64,000 bases of DNA from Eledone cirrhosa (taxonomy: Eukaryota). The stretch is from contig OZ024740.1 of NCBI GenBank assembly GCA_964016885.1, positions 114,328,001-114,392,000 of the forward strand, read 5' to 3'. The notes beneath the pieces were generated by a model. The model had not been told where the DNA came from and did no database searches. It saw only the letters and a program-made list of their open reading frames with translations. Positions 34,246-49,200 of this stretch are shown piece by piece; within the stretch, counting starts at the first letter, position 1, and every line of letters begins with the position of its first letter. The position numbers and the translations under genes are program-made.

Positions 34246-35040
34246 TATTTATTAAAATAACAGATTAAAGTTTAAGCAAAGAATAGCTGCTTTCACCCTT
34301 AACGGCATCTTCTGAAACTAACAAAGTCAATCTGCGGGTACAGGCGCTGCGTGGGTTCTTTATGTGCGTGCGGGGCTTTTTTTCTTGTGTACGTGCGTGT
34401 ATTTGTATACCTATGGCGAGTGTGTTCGCGTATGGTTGTGTATGTACGTATATGTATGCGTGTATGTATTTATTTAATTTTAATTACCTCTGTATTTTAT
34501 TTACTTTATCCTTAACTCTGAAGCTGAGAATCATTCGTTTTCCTAGTTAGAATTTTAGTCTACAACAGTTATACCATTTACGTGGTTTTGTCTTTGCGTG
34601 CAATTCTTCTCTCCGGTCCACATATGACGTATTATCTTCGTTTTTTCCGTTCATTGCCAGAGAACCTCTATATGAACCACCTAAGAGAATATTAGTCTAC
34701 GACTTCCTTTATACCATAAACGTGGTTTTGTCTTTGCGTGTTATTGTTTTTCACTGCTCCAAATAATGACGTAATATATTCGTTTTTTTCCCATTCTTTG
34801 CCAGGGAACGTTTCCACGAACCAAAGTATCGTCTTCCTGTCTTCCTCCGGTTGCAACGTTTTTTGAAATATTCACTTCTGCGTTCACAGATTGACTTTGT
34901 TAGTTTCAGAAGATCCCGTTAAGGGTGAAAGCAGAGATTCTTTGCTTAAACTTTAATCTGTTATTTTAATAAATATTTGCTCTACGGTTCTTATATATTT
35001 GATATATATTTATCCTTATCGAGCCCTCTTTGGATTTTAG
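34246..35040. mobile_element. Non-coding element with ~90-bp inverted arms and an internal ~140-bp direct duplication
   Basis: Arms at about 34246-34334 and 34887-34977; CGTGGTTTTGTCTTTGCGTG occurs at 34581 and 34721. Confidence 0.7.
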
Positions 35041-35664
35041 TCTTCCAATTTATTATTATTCATATATATATATATGCTTGTGTGTGTGTCTATATAAGTA
35101 TGTTTGCATGCATGACTGAATACACTAAGCTTTAAATGTAGTAGAATGTACAACCACTGATTCCAGCTATTGGCAATATCATATATTTTAGTTTCTATTA
35201 GTTCACTGGGGAATTGGTTGACCAAATGCTGTGCTTAACTGTTTTATTTATTTAAAAAAAAAATTATATTCTTTATCTTAGACTTCAGGTATTTTTGAAA
35301 GCAAAACATTGGCCTCTAACATGCTAGAGTTGTTCCTGGAATGCTAATGTGGATTCCTGCAATGCCACCGTGGATATCCCATCGAAGCAAATTTAATTCC
35401 TTTTGTGTAGTTGTATAACACACTCATATATAATACTCGGTTTTCAAAACTACAAAATCATTTACATTGTAATAAACATTGAAAGGATAGACGGTGTATC
35501 GAGGTTAATCGTACGGAGTTGCATAAGAACAAACGATTGGTCTGAGCATCGATAATATTGCTGTCTGAAACGATGGTTATACAATTGGTTGATTCATTAG
35601 TTCACATCTTCAATTTTTATTTGATTAGCAGTATACATATATATATATATATATGTGTATGTAT

Positions 35665-36042
35665 GTATAGTATATTTGGCAATATACCGAATGTTTAATT
35701 TAAAACATTTTGAAGACCTTGCGCTATTATTTTAAAGTGGTGACTATGTCACTTACTCCTTTTTTCGGCAAAGGAAGGGTGAGGAGCTGACAGATTCTGT
35801 TTCATACTGTTGGTGTTCCTCAGAGCAACGTAATCCCCACCTCTGTCGAAAATTATAGAGGCTGGATTCTTATAGAATTCCAGTAATAATCAGGAACTGA
35901 TTATACAGGGCGATGCCGGTCCAGCAAAAATTAAAAATTAGCGCAAAGTCTTCAAAATGTTTTTAATTAAACATACGGTATATTGCCAAATATACTATAC
36001 ATACATTCATGTATACATCGCTGTTTCAGAGCACCAATCATA
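35665..36042 (-). mobile_element. Retrozyme-like monomer (diverged relative of 51569-52690) with inverted short arm
   Basis: Shares GATTCTTATAGAATTC.AGTAATAATCAGGAACTGATTATACAG with the array; minus-strand HHR GCT-CTGAGGA-acaccaacagtat-GAAA-CAGAATCTG-TC-AGC at 35786-35826. Confidence 0.85.
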
Positions 36043-36063
36043 ATATATATATATATATATATA

Positions 36064-36596
36064 GGTAGAAGTAGTAACACAACAGTTAGATCACGATACC
36101 GAGAACAATTGTTTCACCTTATGCGGATCTTCAGCTCGGACTGGTCATGGTTATACGGAACAGGAAAAACAACCGGATGAACGCTCATGCGCAGAAACGG
36201 TCACTTCACAAATTCAAGATGTGAAATCGTCTCACGTTGTCCACATGTCTGGAATCACCTCTTGCATAACTACAAAGCTCCGGATTGAATAACAACAACA
36301 TTCTAATTATCTATCAACTCGAACTTTTTATTCCGGACTTTCACTATTATCTTCCTTACACCTTTTGCCCGTGGCTTTGTATTGCTTGGGTGAAGAGATT
36401 ATTTCTGCGCATGCGCGTTCATACGGTTGTTTTTCCTGTTCCATATAACCATGACCAGTCCGAGCTGAAGATCTACATAAGGTGAACCAATTTTTCTCGG
36501 TATGGTGAACTAACTGTTGTGTTACTACCTCTACCAAACTCCTCCCTTGAACTAAGTGCTCTACCACTACGGATATTACCTTCCAGTGTTCTACCC

Positions 36597-36597
<1 letters not shown>
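36064..36597. mobile_element. Palindromic non-coding HHR element with ~150-bp inverted arms and tail
   Basis: Arms at about 36064-36210 and 36390-36535; fragment of the same family at about 13766-13810. Confidence 0.8.
36099..36139 (-). ncRNA. Minimal type I hammerhead ribozyme, canonical core
   Basis: CCGAG-CTGAAGA-tCCgcataaGGt-GAAA-CAATTG-TT-CTCGG. The plus-strand arm copy at 36460-36500 has GAAC. Confidence 0.8.
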
Positions 36598-36659
<62 letters not shown>

Positions 36660-36732
36660 AATCATATATACATATATATGTGTGTGTGTATGTGTGCGTG
36701 TGTGTGTGTATGTGTGCGTGTGTGTGTCTATG

Positions 36733-36767
<35 letters not shown>

Positions 36768-36806
36768 ATATGTATATATATACATACCTACACACACACA
36801 CAAACA

Positions 36807-36887
<81 letters not shown>

Positions 36888-38110
36888 CACTAGAAACAAA
36901 GACGAAGATGTTAGAAAATAAATTGAAATAGATGAGGAAGGGGAAGACATATATATGAAGTTGAAGTTCATGGAATCACATGAGAAGCACAAATAGATAG
37001 AATGAGATTGAGAATCGTAGAATTCAGAAGCAGTTCCCTATTGAGATGAAATTTTGTATTGCCAAAGGACAACAGGTGCGACCACACACTGATTTCATAT
37101 ATAACAGTGAGAAATCTTTGGATCACGAAAGGTAGAGAAGTTGATATGCTAATACTGTTAGTTTTAGCATAATGAGAGGAAACGAAATAAAAGAAAATAC
37201 GAAGTGGGAGGATATATGGGAGTAAAAGAGCACTAGAGATGAAAATATTAAAAGTATTAGAGAGAATTCAGAAAATAAGCTGTAGACAGGTTAACAATGA
37301 TCATTTATTTTAATATATATCTAAGTATGTATCAGATAATGTGTTTTAACGTATGAGAATAAACAGAATCAACCTTCGTCGCTTTAAACGATGAGTATTT
37401 CAGTTATACGATTAACGGAGCAGAGTGATCGGAGAATCAAGGTACAAGAAGTTGATCCTTTTACTGATACCTGTACCAGTACTATAATCCTAAGGTTGAC
37501 TCAGCGAAACAATGTTTGTGATAAAAATAGCCATTTGAACATTAGATAGCGTCCATTTATCAAACTTCCAAACAGTTTCCTTCTACGCAATTTCACAAAC
37601 AAAGCTTGGATTAATCGCGAGATTGAATGATTGCAAAGCAAACATGTAACCTTTCCGTGATGCTATAACTACGCTGTTGTTTTTATTTGCTGAATCATGA
37701 TAACTGAACGAATAGAATGATATATAGAACTATGTTAAATTTAACTATAGAATATATCTATATATGTTAGCCAACATTGTTGTTAATGCCTTAATATAAG
37801 CACCCCTTCGTTATATTTATATAGAGAAATGTTGAATGCGATCTAGTGGTTTCAAATTCACTCTTTAGGAAATTCATAAGCAGCGTGACCGTGGAAGTTA
37901 ATTAGGACGTGGTGTCGCCTATGAGATCGCAGCACAGACTTCAAAGCAAAATAACTGATCCTTTTTTTTCTGTCCAAGAAAGGGCTGTATAACAATATTC
38001 ATTGTTTACATATACCTCTTACAATCATTGAAATGTAATGTAGAATCAATAGATATACTCTGTCTCGCAGTATATCTTTGAAACAAAGAACCATTACTCC
38101 AAGATAATTG

Positions 38111-38240
<130 letters not shown>

Positions 38241-38351
38241 CACGATAAATTAACAGAGCCAGAGACTCTCGCTATACCCTGTCAATAATGAGCTCAAAGG
38301 AGAAGGAATTCTGAGCTCTTTAAAATACGATATGTTACCTTTTCAACATAT

Positions 38352-38491
<140 letters not shown>

Positions 38492-39599
38492 ATTATATAC
38501 ATATAAATATATAGATAGATAGATAGATAGATATTGATGTATATATATATATATATGGAGAGAGAGATAAGAAAAAGAAAAGAAAAAGTTATATGTTTAA
38601 ATGTATAAGCGATAGAATTCTGATACCAAGAGTGAAGTATCAGCTTATATTTATTCCCACTTAACTACACACACGCACATCGAGACAGATGCTGGAGATT
38701 GATCGCTAGATAGATGTGTAGATGTACATATAAATAGACATAAATGATGAAAGGAGAGAGAGCGTGTGTATGAGATATATACACCCAGTGAGAAATATAC
38801 TAAATAGGATGAGAGGGGAAACCTTTTACAAAATTAATGAGAAGTAGAATACAAAAAATACAAAAACGTATTTTTTAAAATACATTTCTTGTAATTTCTC
38901 CAGAAAATAGAATGAAGTACACTATTTAACTCGTTTCAAATTATCTCTGATTGCTGCAGGCTAAAACGAAGGTGACGTATCAAGAGATTCATGAGAGCGC
39001 ACCTGTTAAACAATGAAGAAATCCGCCATCTTGAATCAGTTTTAAATTATTTGAACAATGAGATGAACACAATGTGGTAATAGGAATTATAGAAATACCC
39101 TGATCGCTCACATCAAATGATATATATACGCACTGTCACCAACAGAGAAATTACCGTTTGCATATTGGACGATATAATACGCACATACGAAGAAAACAAT
39201 CACATACATGTGTATAAAAGTGTACGCATATACATATATTTATGTCTTTTTATGTGCGGAGTAAAGAGACTTTTTTATTTTTTTAAATGTAGAGATACTG
39301 TCTATCAATGTATATGTGACGTATTTATGTATCTATGTACGGTGTATGTATGCATGTATGCTTGTAAGTGCATTACATATATGTATCTGTGTTTGTGCGT
39401 GTTTGTGTGCATATGTGTTTGTGTAAACACAAGTATATAGATGGTCAAATTATCTTTTACATCATGTATATTTATATATAGCCGTTGATTTTAACGAAGG
39501 GGAGAAAAAAGGTACCCCATACAACAGTAGAGCGTAACAAAAATAGGCTCATCTAGTATCATGCTACTCTTCATTTACTCTAACCTGTTGTCTCTTCTT

Positions 39600-40800
39600 C
39601 TTGAGTATGATTATACAGTAGATAGACATGCTAGAATGAGCAGTGAAAATGTCTAATTCAACTTTACCTCCTTAAATGTGCAGGAAGCTGCAAAATGTAC
39701 ATTCGAATTGGCGTGGGTTTGATTATAGTTCTCTGTAAATGCTTTTGTGTTTGGTTGTTTGTGAATGTTTATATGGTTGCGCATTCTCATGGCTGTCTTT
39801 AATAGGATATTTGTTGACTTTTCGTAATATTAGTGTAAAACGGTGATGGTTTTGATTAGCAGTATAAAGAAGATCCCAGCATAATACGAGGATACATTAA
39901 ACTACAATGGTGATTATAACAAATCATTTTTCTATCTTTGCAGTTATTATATGGCGTAGATTGTTTTCTGTACTTCAGCTTATTGTTAAAGCTCTATTGT
40001 AGTATGTGGCAGCATTGTTGAATAATTATTTTTCTGATGATAGTTAAAATATGCGTCTCTTAATATTGTTTGCTATATGTTGTTAGATTGTCTTCGCCTA
40101 GCTTGATGTCCAATATAATCCTGTTGTCTCTTTGTTTGGTTTTACGATAGAGGTGTTCTTTTCGTGTTTAAGTTTAGTTTTACATAAAACAAATTTCTTG
40201 TATTCAGCTCCGCATTCAACATAATATCTAAATGAAGTTTATTAAAATTATGAATTAATGTTGTTGTGTGTTTGTCTATTTATGATATGGGTCAAGGTGC
40301 ACCGATCCCTTCTATAAAGATGAATGTTAGCGGAACTTGTTCTAGATTACAGCGTCTATAGGATGTATAATCTGACCAAATCCCAAACTTATGATGCTTG
40401 GTAGCTATTTTTGTATGCACACAAAACTCCTTTCATCATGCCGAAGTTATTATTTCTTCGAAATAATAACAACTTCTTTACAATCATTATGATTCAGGAA
40501 AATACATTTAATAATGGATATTTCTATATTAAAGTACGAAGATCTGCAGCAGGAATTGTTTCAGTATTATTAAACCATCAAAACATTTCAATTATACATT
40601 ACCATTATGTTAAATGTGTTGTATATTTTGTCTTTGTGTTTACAGAAACTATGTCTAGCTCAATTTTGTAAAGTTGATGAGGCAACACTTTGAGACAACT
40701 TAAAAATTTTCGCTACGATTCTTATGTCATATAAGATCTATGTCGTTCGACATTCTTTTTCGAGTATATAAACAGATGAATATAGTGTAAGAACAACTTA
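39600..40800 (-). pseudogene. Heavily decayed Hydra-like PLE
   Basis: Minus-strand remnants YSKKNV (N-terminus) and FNNAATYYNRAL (compare FNANANYYNNAL in family B). Confidence 0.5.
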
Positions 40801-41166
40801 TTCCCGAGTCTAAGGAACTCAAATGCTAAGTTTGAACATGATTCGTTCACTAAATGTTAAGTGCATAGGAGGAAAACAAAAAAACGCACTAGTTTACATA
40901 TATATATAGTCGAAGGAAGATATCAGGAAAATAACTCCTCAAAAGACCGAGGAAAAATAGCTAAAAAGTAAGCTATACATGACATTTCATTAAATTAGTG
41001 AAGAACAAAGGTTTTGTTTCTGCCGTGAAATACCAACTGTATGTTTATTGTTGGGGTTACAATCAATGAAAGAGCGTGGTCCTGTTAATAGATATATTAA
41101 TATATATATATACTTGTTTCTACTTTAGGCACAAGGCCAGCAAATACCCAGTGCATTACTGGTACT

Positions 41167-44100
41167 AAAGATCAAAAGATGGCTAAAAGAGTTCCAAGTA
41201 TTTTATTATACGCATTTCACAAACAATTATCATCATGGGATGATATCTGCGTTTTCATCAGATAAAATAGGGATACATGATAAGAAGCTTAAAAAACACT
41301 TGTGAATAGTGAAGTTTTAAATCAACATATTAAAAATAATTTAAGATTGATGTATGAGATTGGGAAAAAGTGAGGGCGGTTGGAAAAGGTAAGGAAGAGG
41401 AGGAGATGAAAGTGAAGAATGGTGGTGGAGGCGTATAAGAAGGAAGGATGAGAGAGGAGGAGAGATGGGTGATAGAGAAAGAGAGAGATAGCCTTTACAA
41501 CTGAGAAAAAATATATATTGTCTCACAGAGAGAAGTTAAAAAGCCCTTGGAAGATAATAGATAATTTAAAAGAATTTGAAATTAAAAGTTAATGAGGTTT
41601 ATGCATGAAGAGAAAAAGGGGATTAATAATAATATTAAATTAAGGTTTGTATATTGAAGGGTTTAATATTATGTGCGAGGAAAAGAAATTATTAATATGT
41701 ATTATTAAAATAAAAATATTAATCTTATTAAGGATATAATGTGAAAAGAAGTAGAAGAATGAATGAGTTATGAATTTAGAGGAATTAGTTAGGGTTTAAG
41801 TTTGGTGTTTATGTAATTTAATATGTGTGCGTAAAAAGGGGACGTAAATAGTTTATTTTAAAATGAGAACAGAAGGCAAAGAAGAAAAGAATGTTTCAGG
41901 AAGAAAATATCTAACATAAAAAAATATATGTTTACGAAATATTTTCTAATGGTAATAATATAATATATTAAAGAAATTAGTTATGGTTTAAGTTTGTTTT
42001 TATGTATTGTCATATGTAAAGGTCAAACGAGCATGAAATGATGAGATAAGGAATTTAAGGAAGAAAAATCTAACGTAAAAAAAAATGTTTATGTTTATAA
42101 AGGACTATTAAAGGTAATACTATAATGTATTAAAGAAATAATAATAATTTTTATGGCCAATGATATGAAGAAAGATGGAAGAATGTGTAATGTTGTGGTG
42201 AGTAATAATAAGAATTGAGAATTAGTTAGGAAGAAAAAGTACAGATTAGAGGTTAGAAATTAAAAAGAAAAGAGGAAGAAAGGAAAGTGATAAAGAGGAA
42301 TGATAGAGAATGAGTAACTTGTATTATATAATATATAATAAATAATATTGAAATAAGGTAGAAAGATGGGTATATTTTTAAAAGATATATAAGCCTTTGA
42401 GAAAGAGGATTTTAAACTAGTAAGGTATTAGATATTAGCTGTATACTTTATGGAATGTTCTGTGGAATTTATGCAAGCAGAGAGAAAATAAATCCGTGCG
42501 TCTATTTATTATAGAATTGAAATTAGATAAAATGGTAAATTTCTCAGCTAGGCAAAGATTACATGTTCTGGATAGGGAGGCATTCAAGTAGGGAGAGGCA
42601 GAACAAACTTTTCTCCAGGAGATGTTATAGTTAATATTTTTTGTCTTTCAAGGACCATATGTGATCTGAGACTGCCGTGTTAGTTCTTTTAAGTTGGTAT
42701 TTAAAGGACGAATTGTGATTATAAAATCTAGCTTTGAAGGGAGTGGAAGTGGAACCGAAGGAATTGGTGTCAGTTATAACCTTACATTCATAGACTAAGT
42801 TTTTATCAAGAGGTTATTGAGAGGACATTTAGTTCTAACAGGGCAATTACAATTGCGATTAGAGAAATTAACAGAGTTATTAACAAGTGACCTAGTGTTA
42901 TTTATAGGAGGAATTGGATTGGAGAAGTTATTTACGATAGGAATAATAGTTTCCTGATTTAGATTGGTACTATGAATATTCAACGAAGTTACGTTTGACG
43001 TCGTATTTGAGTTTACAGAATCTAGCCTAGAGTTAACAATGACGTCGGGAGTACTACTGCTATTATTATGACGCTCAGTGTTGGAAGGATGTGATTTAAT
43101 ATTTAATATTCTATTGTTGTGTTTAGAGATAATGTTAGAGATGTTGGAGGAGGTGGAATAGGAAAATGTTATTGTATGTTTGTTAAATATTTTACTATAG
43201 ATATGTGAAGGAGGGAAGCATTTATTTAAGGCCCTAAAGAATAGTTTAGGAATATTATTATTCATAGAAATAAAGAAAGGAGCATTATACCAGATTATAT
43301 TTTTGTATCTAGGTCTTTTATTTAAGTTATTGGAATGATCATAACTAATTATTTTACTGTAAGACCTTCTAGGATTGGTTTCTTTGATGTATTTAATTTT
43401 ATCAGGATAACCAGCTTTAGAAAGCGCATTATTATAGTAATTGGCGTTAGCATTGAAGATATTTTTATTAGAGGATAGGTTTGATATTCTTTTTCCAATA
43501 TTACTGACTATAGCTTTTTTAATATTAGTGGAGTGGTTAGATTTAAAATTAACATAATTTAGATTCTCATTGTTTTTATGGTAAGGGTAATATAGGCCAG
43601 TGTCAAGATTAAGGGATATATCCAAGAAGTTAGCTAGTTTGACGTTGTTATCAAATTCAATTTTAAGGTTATGTTGCTTAAAGAGATCACGTATATTGTT
43701 CTTAATAATGTTATGGTTAACAAAGTTGAAATTTAAGATAGTAAAAAGTCCATCGTCACGCGAAGTTAAGGAATTTTCCGAATTAAAGAATTCCAAATAA
43801 AAATACCAATCAAATCAGTCAATTGCGATGAATCGGAAGCACCCATTGTGATGTCAAAGTTGTTGGAACTATCGGCTCTAGTCCAGTATTCATTGTTGAA
43901 TTTTAAGATGGTTTTTGTTAATAACTCTGTTAATTTCTCTAATCGCAATTGTAATTGCTCTGTTAGAACTAAATGTCCTCTCAATAACCATTGATTGATG
44001 AAAACTTAGTCTAAGAATGTAAGGTTATAACTGATACCAATTCCTTTACCTATTTCGGTTCCACTTCAACCTCTTTCAAAGCTAGATTTTATAATCACAA

Positions 44101-45740
44101 TTCGTCCTTTAAATACCAACTTAAAAGAACTAACACGGCACGCTCAGAACTCATATGGTCCTTGAAAGACAAAAATATTAACTATAATATCTCTTGGAGA
44201 AAAGTTTGTTCTGCCTCTCCCTACATGAAGGCCTCCCTATCCAGAACATGTAATCTTTGCTTAGCTGAGAAATTTACCATTATATCTAATTTCAATTCTA
44301 TAAGAAATAGAAAATAGACGCACGCATTTATTTTCTCTCTGCTTGCATAAATTCCACATAACATTTCATAAAGTATACAGCTAATATCTAATACCTTACT
44401 AGTTTAAAATACTGTTTCTCAAAGGCTTATATATCTTTTAAAAATATACCCATCTTTTTACCTTATTTCAATATTATTTATTATATATTATATAATACAA
44501 GTTACTCATTCTCTATCATTCCTCTTTATCACTTTCCTTTCTTCCTCTTTTCTTTTTAATTTCTAACCTCTAATCTGTACTTTTTCTTCCTAACTAATTC
44601 TCAATTCTTATTATTACTCACCACAACATTATCCATTCTTCCATCTTTCCTCATATCATTGGCCATACAAATTATTATTATTTTTTTATAATACATTATA
44701 GTATTACCTTTAATAGTCCTTCGTAAACATAAACATTTTGTTGACGTTAGATTTTTCTTCCTTAAATTCCTTATCTCATCCTTTCATGCTCGGTTGACAT
44801 TTACATAGTACAATACATAAAAACAAACTTAAACACTAACTAATTTCTTTTAATATATTACATTATTACCATTAGAAAATATTTCGTAAACATATAAATT
44901 TTTTGATGTTAGACATTTTCTTCCTCAAACATTCTTTTCTTCTTTGCCATCTGCGCTCATTTTAAAACAAACTATTTAGGTACACATATTACGCAGACAT
45001 ATTACATTACATAAAAACAAACTTAAACCCTAATTCCTCTAAATTCATAACTCATTCATTCTTCTACTTATTTTCACATTATATCCTTAAAAACATTAAT
45101 ATTTTTATTTTAATAATACATATTAATAATTTTTTTTCCTCGCACATATTATTAAACCCTTCAATATACAAACCTTAATTTAATATTATTCTTAATCCCC
45201 TTCTTCTCTTCCTGCATAAACCTCATTAACTTTTACTTTCAAATTCTTTTAAATTATCTATTATCTTCCAACGGCGTTTTAACTTCTCTCTGTGAGACAA
45301 TATATATTTTTTCTCAGTTGTAAAGGCTATCTCTCTCTCTCTATCACCCATCTCTCCTCCTCTCTCATCCTTCTTTCTTATACTCCTCCCCCACCATTCT
45401 TTACTCTCATCTCCTCCTCTTCCTTACCTTTTCCAGCCACCCCCCTCAATTTTTCCCAATCTCATACATCAATCTTAAATTAATTTTTCATATGTTGATT
45501 TAAAACTTCACTATTCACAAGTGTTTTTTTAAGCTTCATATCATGTATCCCTATTTTATCTGATGAAAACGCAGATATCATCCCATGATATTTGTTTTTC
45601 AAATGCGCATAATAAAATACTTTGAACTATTTTAACCATCTGTTGATCTTACATTATTTATACTCCGGTCCTACAACTGTGGAGTGCTACTTATCCGATA
45701 TTTGCATTGCTTTATTGTGCTAGAATAAAACTCACCTCCT
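41167..45740. mobile_element. Hydra-like PLE family B: minus-strand RT/EN arm (41167-43915) fused to inverted plus-strand EN/3' arm (43915-45740)
   Basis: FDITMGASDSSQLTDLIG, RDDGL, WYNAPF, CNCPVRTKCPLNN; arms about 1.7 kb. HHR intact at about 41195-41280 (-) and mutated to CAAA at about 45541-45620 (+). Confidence 0.92.
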
Positions 45741-45742
45741 AC

Positions 45743-45865
<123 letters not shown>

Positions 45866-46145
45866 AGAGAGAGAGAGAGAGAGGGACAGAGAAATTGACA
45901 GAAACATTGTACGAAACTGAAATTTCGGCTTGAAGCGCCAGTAAGTACTAGCCGGTATCTGGAAGATATGGGGTTCAATTCCTCAGACCGTCCGATGTCA
46001 ACTTACTTTTCCATCTTGTAAATGACTTCACCCTATTTTATAAACTATCTTTATAGTATTTCTGAGCTAGCGCACTTTCTTTATACTTATATATACACGT
46101 TCATATATACATACACACACACACACATATATATATACACACATT

Positions 46146-46215
<70 letters not shown>

Positions 46216-46219
46216 TATA

Positions 46220-46270
<51 letters not shown>

Positions 46271-46276
<6 letters not shown>

Positions 46277-49200
46277 AGATCAAAAGATGGTTAAAGGAGT
46301 TCCATGTATTTTATTATGCGCATTTCAAAAACAAACATCATCATGCAATAATATTTGTGTTTTCATCAGATAAAACAGGAGAACATGATATGAAGGCTAA
46401 AAAACACTTGTGGATAGTGCAGTTTTAAATCAACATATGAAAAGTGGTTTTAGATTGATGTGTGATATTGGGAAAAATATTTTATTTAGAGAGAGGGGGG
46501 TGGAAAGGATGAAAAGGGAAGGAGATGAGAGGGAGAGATGGGTGATAGAGAGAAAGAGATAGTTTTTATAACTGAGAGGAGATATATTGTTTTACATAGA
46601 GAGGTTGAAAACCGTTGGAAGATAATGTATAAATTAAAAATTTTGAAAATTAACGAAGGGAGGATATGTGCGAGGAAAATATATTTTATTTAGGGAGGGG
46701 GTGTGGAAAGGATGAAAAAAGGGGGAGGAGATGAGAGTGAAGGTGGAGAGGGAGAGATGGGTGATAGAGAGAAAGAGATAGTTTTTATAACTGAGAAAAA
46801 GATATATTGTTTTAACATAGAGAGGTTGGGAACCGTTGGAAGATAATGTATAAATTAAAGGAATTTGAAAATTAACGAAGGGAATTTATGTATGAAGATA
46901 GAGAGAAAAAAATAATAATTGTGGATGAATATTCTAACGTCAAAAAAAGAAATGTATGTATTGTGGCAATTTCAAAATTAACGAAGAGAAAAATTATTAA
47001 GGTTTGTGTGTAGAAGGATTTGAGAAAAATAATGTGAAGTTAAAGTTTGTATATTGAAGGAATTGATAATATATGCGAATAAAGAGTTAATATGTATTAA
47101 TAATGAGTTCGTTGATGGGGAGAAAAAAATAATAAATTAAGGATGAAATTGAGATTAAAAAGATTTATGATAGAGCGAAAAAATAATAATGATTGCGGAT
47201 GAATATTCTAACGTCAAAACAACAAATGTATATGTTATGATTTTACAAGGTGAAGATAGAATGAGGGTAATGAGTAAACAAGTATTATAGAGTGTATAAT
47301 GCCCTTTAAAGTAAGGTAGATGGGTATATTTTAAAGAGGTGTATGTATATGTGCCTTTGAGAAAAGATTCTAAATTGATAAAGAATTGAATATTAACTGT
47401 ATACTTTGTGAAAAGTTCTATGGAATTCATGCAGGCAGATAGAAAACAAATCTGTGCGTCTATTTATTATAGAATCTAGGTTAGAGATAATGGTAATTTT
47501 TTCATTTAGGCAGAGATTACAGATTTTAGATAGAGAGCTGTTCAAGTATGAGGATGCAGAAGAAATCTTCTTCCAAAAGATGGTATATTTAATGTTTTTG
47601 TCTTTTAAGGATCATATGAGTTCTGAGAGAGCAGTGTTGGTTCTTTTAAGTTTGTATTTGAAAGATGAATGATGATTATAGAGACGAGCTTTAAAAGAGG
47701 TGGAAGTGGAGCCAAAATAGGTGAAGGAATTGGTGCTAGTTATAATTTTACATTCATAAATTAAGTTTTTATCGAGACAATGGTTGTTGAGAGGACATTT
47801 ATTTTTAATGCGGCAGTTGCAATTAGAGAGATTATTAATGAGTGATCTAGTGTTATCTATAGAAGGAATTGGATTGGAGAAGTTGTTTGCGATAGGAATA
47901 ATAGGAATAATAGTTTCTTGATTTAGAGTTGGATTATGAACATTTAGCGAAGTTGTGTTTGACGTTGTATTTGGGTTTACAGAAGTTAGCCTAGGGTTTA
48001 CAATGACGTCGGAGTACTATTACTGTTATTATGAATTTCAATATTGGAAGGAAGAGATTTAGTATTTAGTATTTTATTGTTGTGTTTAGAGATGATGTTG
48101 GAAATATTGGAGGATGTAGAATACGAAAATTTGATGGTGTGTTTGTTAAATATTTTACTATAGATATGTGAGGGAGGGAAGCATTTATTTAAGGCACTAA
48201 AAATAATTTAGGAATATTGTTATTAATAGAGATGGAGAAAGGAGCATTATACCAGATTATGTTTTTGTATCTAGGTCTTTTATTAAAATTATTGGAATGG
48301 TCATGATTAATTATTCTAATGTAAGTTTTTCTAGAATTTGTTTCTTTACTATATTTGATTTTATCTGGATAGCCGGCTTTAGAAAGTGCGTTATTATAGG
48401 AATTGGCGTTAGCATCAAAGATGTTTTTATTAGAAGATATGTTAGATATTCTTCTTCCAATATTATTAACTATAGCATTCTTGATATTGGTAGGATGGTT
48501 AGATTTAAAGTTAACATAATTAAGGTTCTCATTGTTTTTATGGTAAGGGTAATATAGGCCAGTGTCAAGATTAAGAGATACATCCAAGAAATTAGCTAGT
48601 TTGATACTATTATCAAATTCAATTTTTAGGTTATGTTGGTTAAAGAGATTACGTATATTATTCTTAATAATATTAAGGTTAACTATATTGCAATTTAGGA
48701 TAGTAAAGAGTCCATCGTCACGATAAATTCCACCGCGAAGTTGAGGAATTTTCCGACTCAAAGAGTTCAAAATGAAGATACCAATTAAATCAGTCAATTG
48801 GGATGAATCGGATGCTCCCATTGTGATGTCGAAGTTGTTAGAGGTATCGGCTCTGGTCCAATATTCGTTGTTGAACTCTAGGATGGTTTTACGTGCGGTG
48901 AGGATGATGTGAAGTTCATCTGTGGTGATGTCAGAATATTTAAGTGCGAAAGATAGAGCATTATTGAGAAGTGAAGGCGAAATGGAGGAATAGTAGCTGG
49001 CAATATCAAATTGAATAAATTTTAGTTTGTTTTTATTATCCAATTTGTTGAACCAGCCAATCACTTCAGAAGTACCAAACCATAAATTTAGGTTCAAAGA
49101 AGAGCAATTAGAACTAACCTGTGGGATAATTCTATCCAAGATGGCTTTACTAACAACCCCCAGATCAGATTTAGAGGGGGCGATTAATCTAACAGGTAGT

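Noticed and set aside
34895-34945. HHR-like CAGAAGA-tCCCgttaaGGGt-GAAA
   Set aside because: The core deviates in both arms and no stem I pairing was found.
43985-44020. TGA at a conserved Cys of the EN (possible selenocysteine, as in Naiad PLEs)
   Set aside because: It arises with a 1-nt frameshift and a nearby TAA. Family A has TGT here, the EN is C-terminal rather than Naiad-type, and no SECIS was identified.
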